From assembly GCA_000934665.2 (NCBI GenBank), contig KZ538377.1:56640-76639 (forward strand): DNA of 20,000 bases, written 5' to 3'. The position numbers and the translations under genes are program-made. Below the pieces are notes generated by a model. That model worked only from the letters and a program-made list of their open reading frames with translations, was not told the DNA's origin and did no database searches. This document shows, piece by piece, positions 19,901 through 20,000 of the stretch (its first letter is position 1; the number at the start of each line of letters is the position of its first letter). This stretch comes from Catajapyx aquilonaris. Taxonomy: Eukaryota.

Positions 19901-20000
19901 AAGAAAGACGGCTTTTCTTTTTATCGCTATGGACCTTTCCCGCTGTTACTTCATCTCTCATTTGACATTTATTTCTCTTTGAAGTGCATCTGGTAAATAG

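Overview
Eukaryotic genomic DNA, most likely arthropod (inferred from an interstitial (TTAGG)n tract and an invertebrate-type agrin architecture). The window holds the 3' part of a multi-exon agrin gene on the + strand. I traced 18 phase-consistent core exons from 2915 to the TAA at 18001-18003, one of them broken by an assembly gap at N7353. They encode 4 Kazal/follistatin modules, a Lustrin-like Cys repeat, 2 laminin-EGF domains, a fifth Kazal, an EB-like module, then EGF-LG1-EGF-EGF-LG2-EGF-LG3. The 5' part of the gene lies upstream of the window. The top observation is a frame-preserving 210-nt candidate cassette exon (17063-17272). It encodes a 70-aa hyper-acidic, Tyr-containing insert at the position of the vertebrate agrin z/B splice site in LG3, and five ACTAAC (STAR/Quaking/How-type) motifs cluster around it. 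Introns also carry tRNA-derived SINE-like elements, several MITE-like elements with terminal inverted repeats (TIRs), and a 33-bp minisatellite related to one MITE.
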